A DNA stretch of 16,931 nt, from the NCBI GenBank assembly GCA_041586955.1, contig JBFGZE010000076.1:1-16931 (forward strand), in the 5' to 3' direction. Shown here piece by piece: positions 16,032 to 16,931 of this stretch (position 1 is its first letter; each line of letters starts with the position of its first letter). The notes under the pieces are model-generated. The model was given only the letters and a program-made list of their open reading frames with translations. It was not told the DNA's origin and did not search any database. The translations under genes and the position numbers were made by a program. Origin of the DNA: Bacteriovoracaceae bacterium (GTDB taxonomy: Bacteria > Bdellovibrionota > Bacteriovoracia > Bacteriovoracales > Bacteriovoracaceae).

Positions 16032-16931
16032 TTATTCAATATCAAGTAAAATCATTTCACCACTCGGCGTAAACCCGACCTGCCTCATTTCATCCCAAAT
16101 AGCGTCGACATTATCATCTTTCATAATGGCCTTAACCCGGCGCTCTTTACCAGAGCGCTTGGCAATTTCTTTAGCAGTATTTTCCATTTTCCCAAGAAGG
16201 CCTTCAATATGCTCAACTTCAATTTTTTCCTTAGCATTTAGACTTCCCCTTTCGACTAAATCAACGTAGCGGCCAATTAATTCATCACCGGGTGTGAAAT
16301 TAGAAAATTTATCAGTCACAACATATTCATAATTCTTACCATGATCATAAATACGGGGAATAGTAAGGCCCTCAATACCCCGGTATTTATCCATCTCTTC
16401 GACAAAAACTTTATTGAATTTTCCTCTCTCGCCAGAGTTTTTAAGCCGCTCGGCACTGCGCGTACTCTTTGAGTAAAATGGTAGCCTCACCACTTTATTA
16501 GTGTCATTAGCAACTTCAAAAACCTGAGTTGTATTACCTGTACCTAGAAAATTTCCCAACTCTACGGCCGTTTTTTGATCATTAACCTTGGAAGTTGCAC
16601 TTACTAAATCTCCTTTTCGAATACTTAACATTGCTTGTTCATATTCTGTAATTTCCCCAAGATCGACATCTCTATACTCAAAAAGAGTTTTTTCGTCTTT
16701 TTTAATAATATTAAGTGATTTGTCCTCTAAATCTATTTCAATCACCTCAGCTTTAATATCCTTCTTTCCTGGATACTTTTTTAATAAGTGCTCGGTGCCC
16801 TCTGAAGAAAAAAGATCGTCTATATCACCTTTAGAGACTCGCTTGGCCACCCAATCAGAAAACTCAGGGTCGTTTTTCATCTGCATAAAGAATTTTTTAA
16901 TTTGTGGTGGCAATTTATTTCTTTCCTCTGC
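16032..16931 (-). CDS. 3' part of a protein ending in an atypical protein-kinase-like domain (5'-truncated by the window edge)
   Basis: The frame is open to 16931 (AEERNKLPPQ...). It shows a Gly-rich loop FLGTGNTTQVF, beta3 KVVRLP, an alphaC-like FVEEM, IPRIYD, a hinge YVVTDK and terminal MILLDIE. Confidence 0.6.
   Translation of the reverse strand, partial: AEERNKLPPQIKKFFMQMKNDPEFSDWVAKRVSKGDIDDLFSSEGTEHLLKKYPGKKDIKAEVIEIDLEDKSLNIIKKDEKTLFEYRDVDLGEITEYEQAMLSIRKGDLVSATSKVNDQKTAVELGNFLGTGNTTQVFEVANDTNKVVRLPFYSKSTRSAERLKNSGERGKFNKVFVEEMDKYRGIEGLTIPRIYDHGKNYEYVVTDKFSNFTPGDELIGRYVDLVERGSLNAKEKIEVEHIEGLLGKMENTAKEIAKRSGKERRVKAIMKDDNVDAIWDEMRQVGFTPSGEMILLDIE

Noticed and set aside
15752..16931. 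Small acidic protein as the immunity partner of the kinase-like domain
   Set aside because: The genes are convergent rather than co-transcribed, unlike typical toxin-immunity pairs.
1..16931. CRISPR arrays, tRNA/rRNA genes, IS elements, integrases or tandem repeats
   Set aside because: No spaced direct repeats, cloverleaf-like segments, transposase/integrase motifs or terminal inverted repeats were seen; intergenic gaps are all under about 400 bp.

Overview
AT-rich (about 37% GC by eye), gene-dense bacterial chromosomal window. Gene content suggests a Bdellovibrionota/Bacteriovoracales-like organism (inference only). Left to right: a 5'-truncated HAMP-PAS sensor histidine kinase; an HrpB DEAH helicase; a divergent secreted lytic-transglycosylase-like gene coupled to a small secreted protein; a four-gene minus-strand operon; a small membrane protein; an RRM RNA-binding protein; a DEDDy 3'-5' exonuclease; an ABC-F ATPase with a degenerate second ATP site; a small acidic protein; and the 3' end of a gene terminating in a minimal kinase-like domain. 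The most interesting element is the operon at 5908-11790. It encodes a giant (~1000 aa) PilX/ComZ-like pilin, PilV-like and PilW-like prepilins, and a Cys-rich secreted protein in place of PilY1. That protein's C-terminus resembles the Ca2+-dependent self-processing module (SPM) of Neisseria FrpC but has Ser-Pro instead of the scissile Asp-Pro. No RNA genes, CRISPR arrays or mobile elements were seen. All family assignments come from motif recognition, not database searches.
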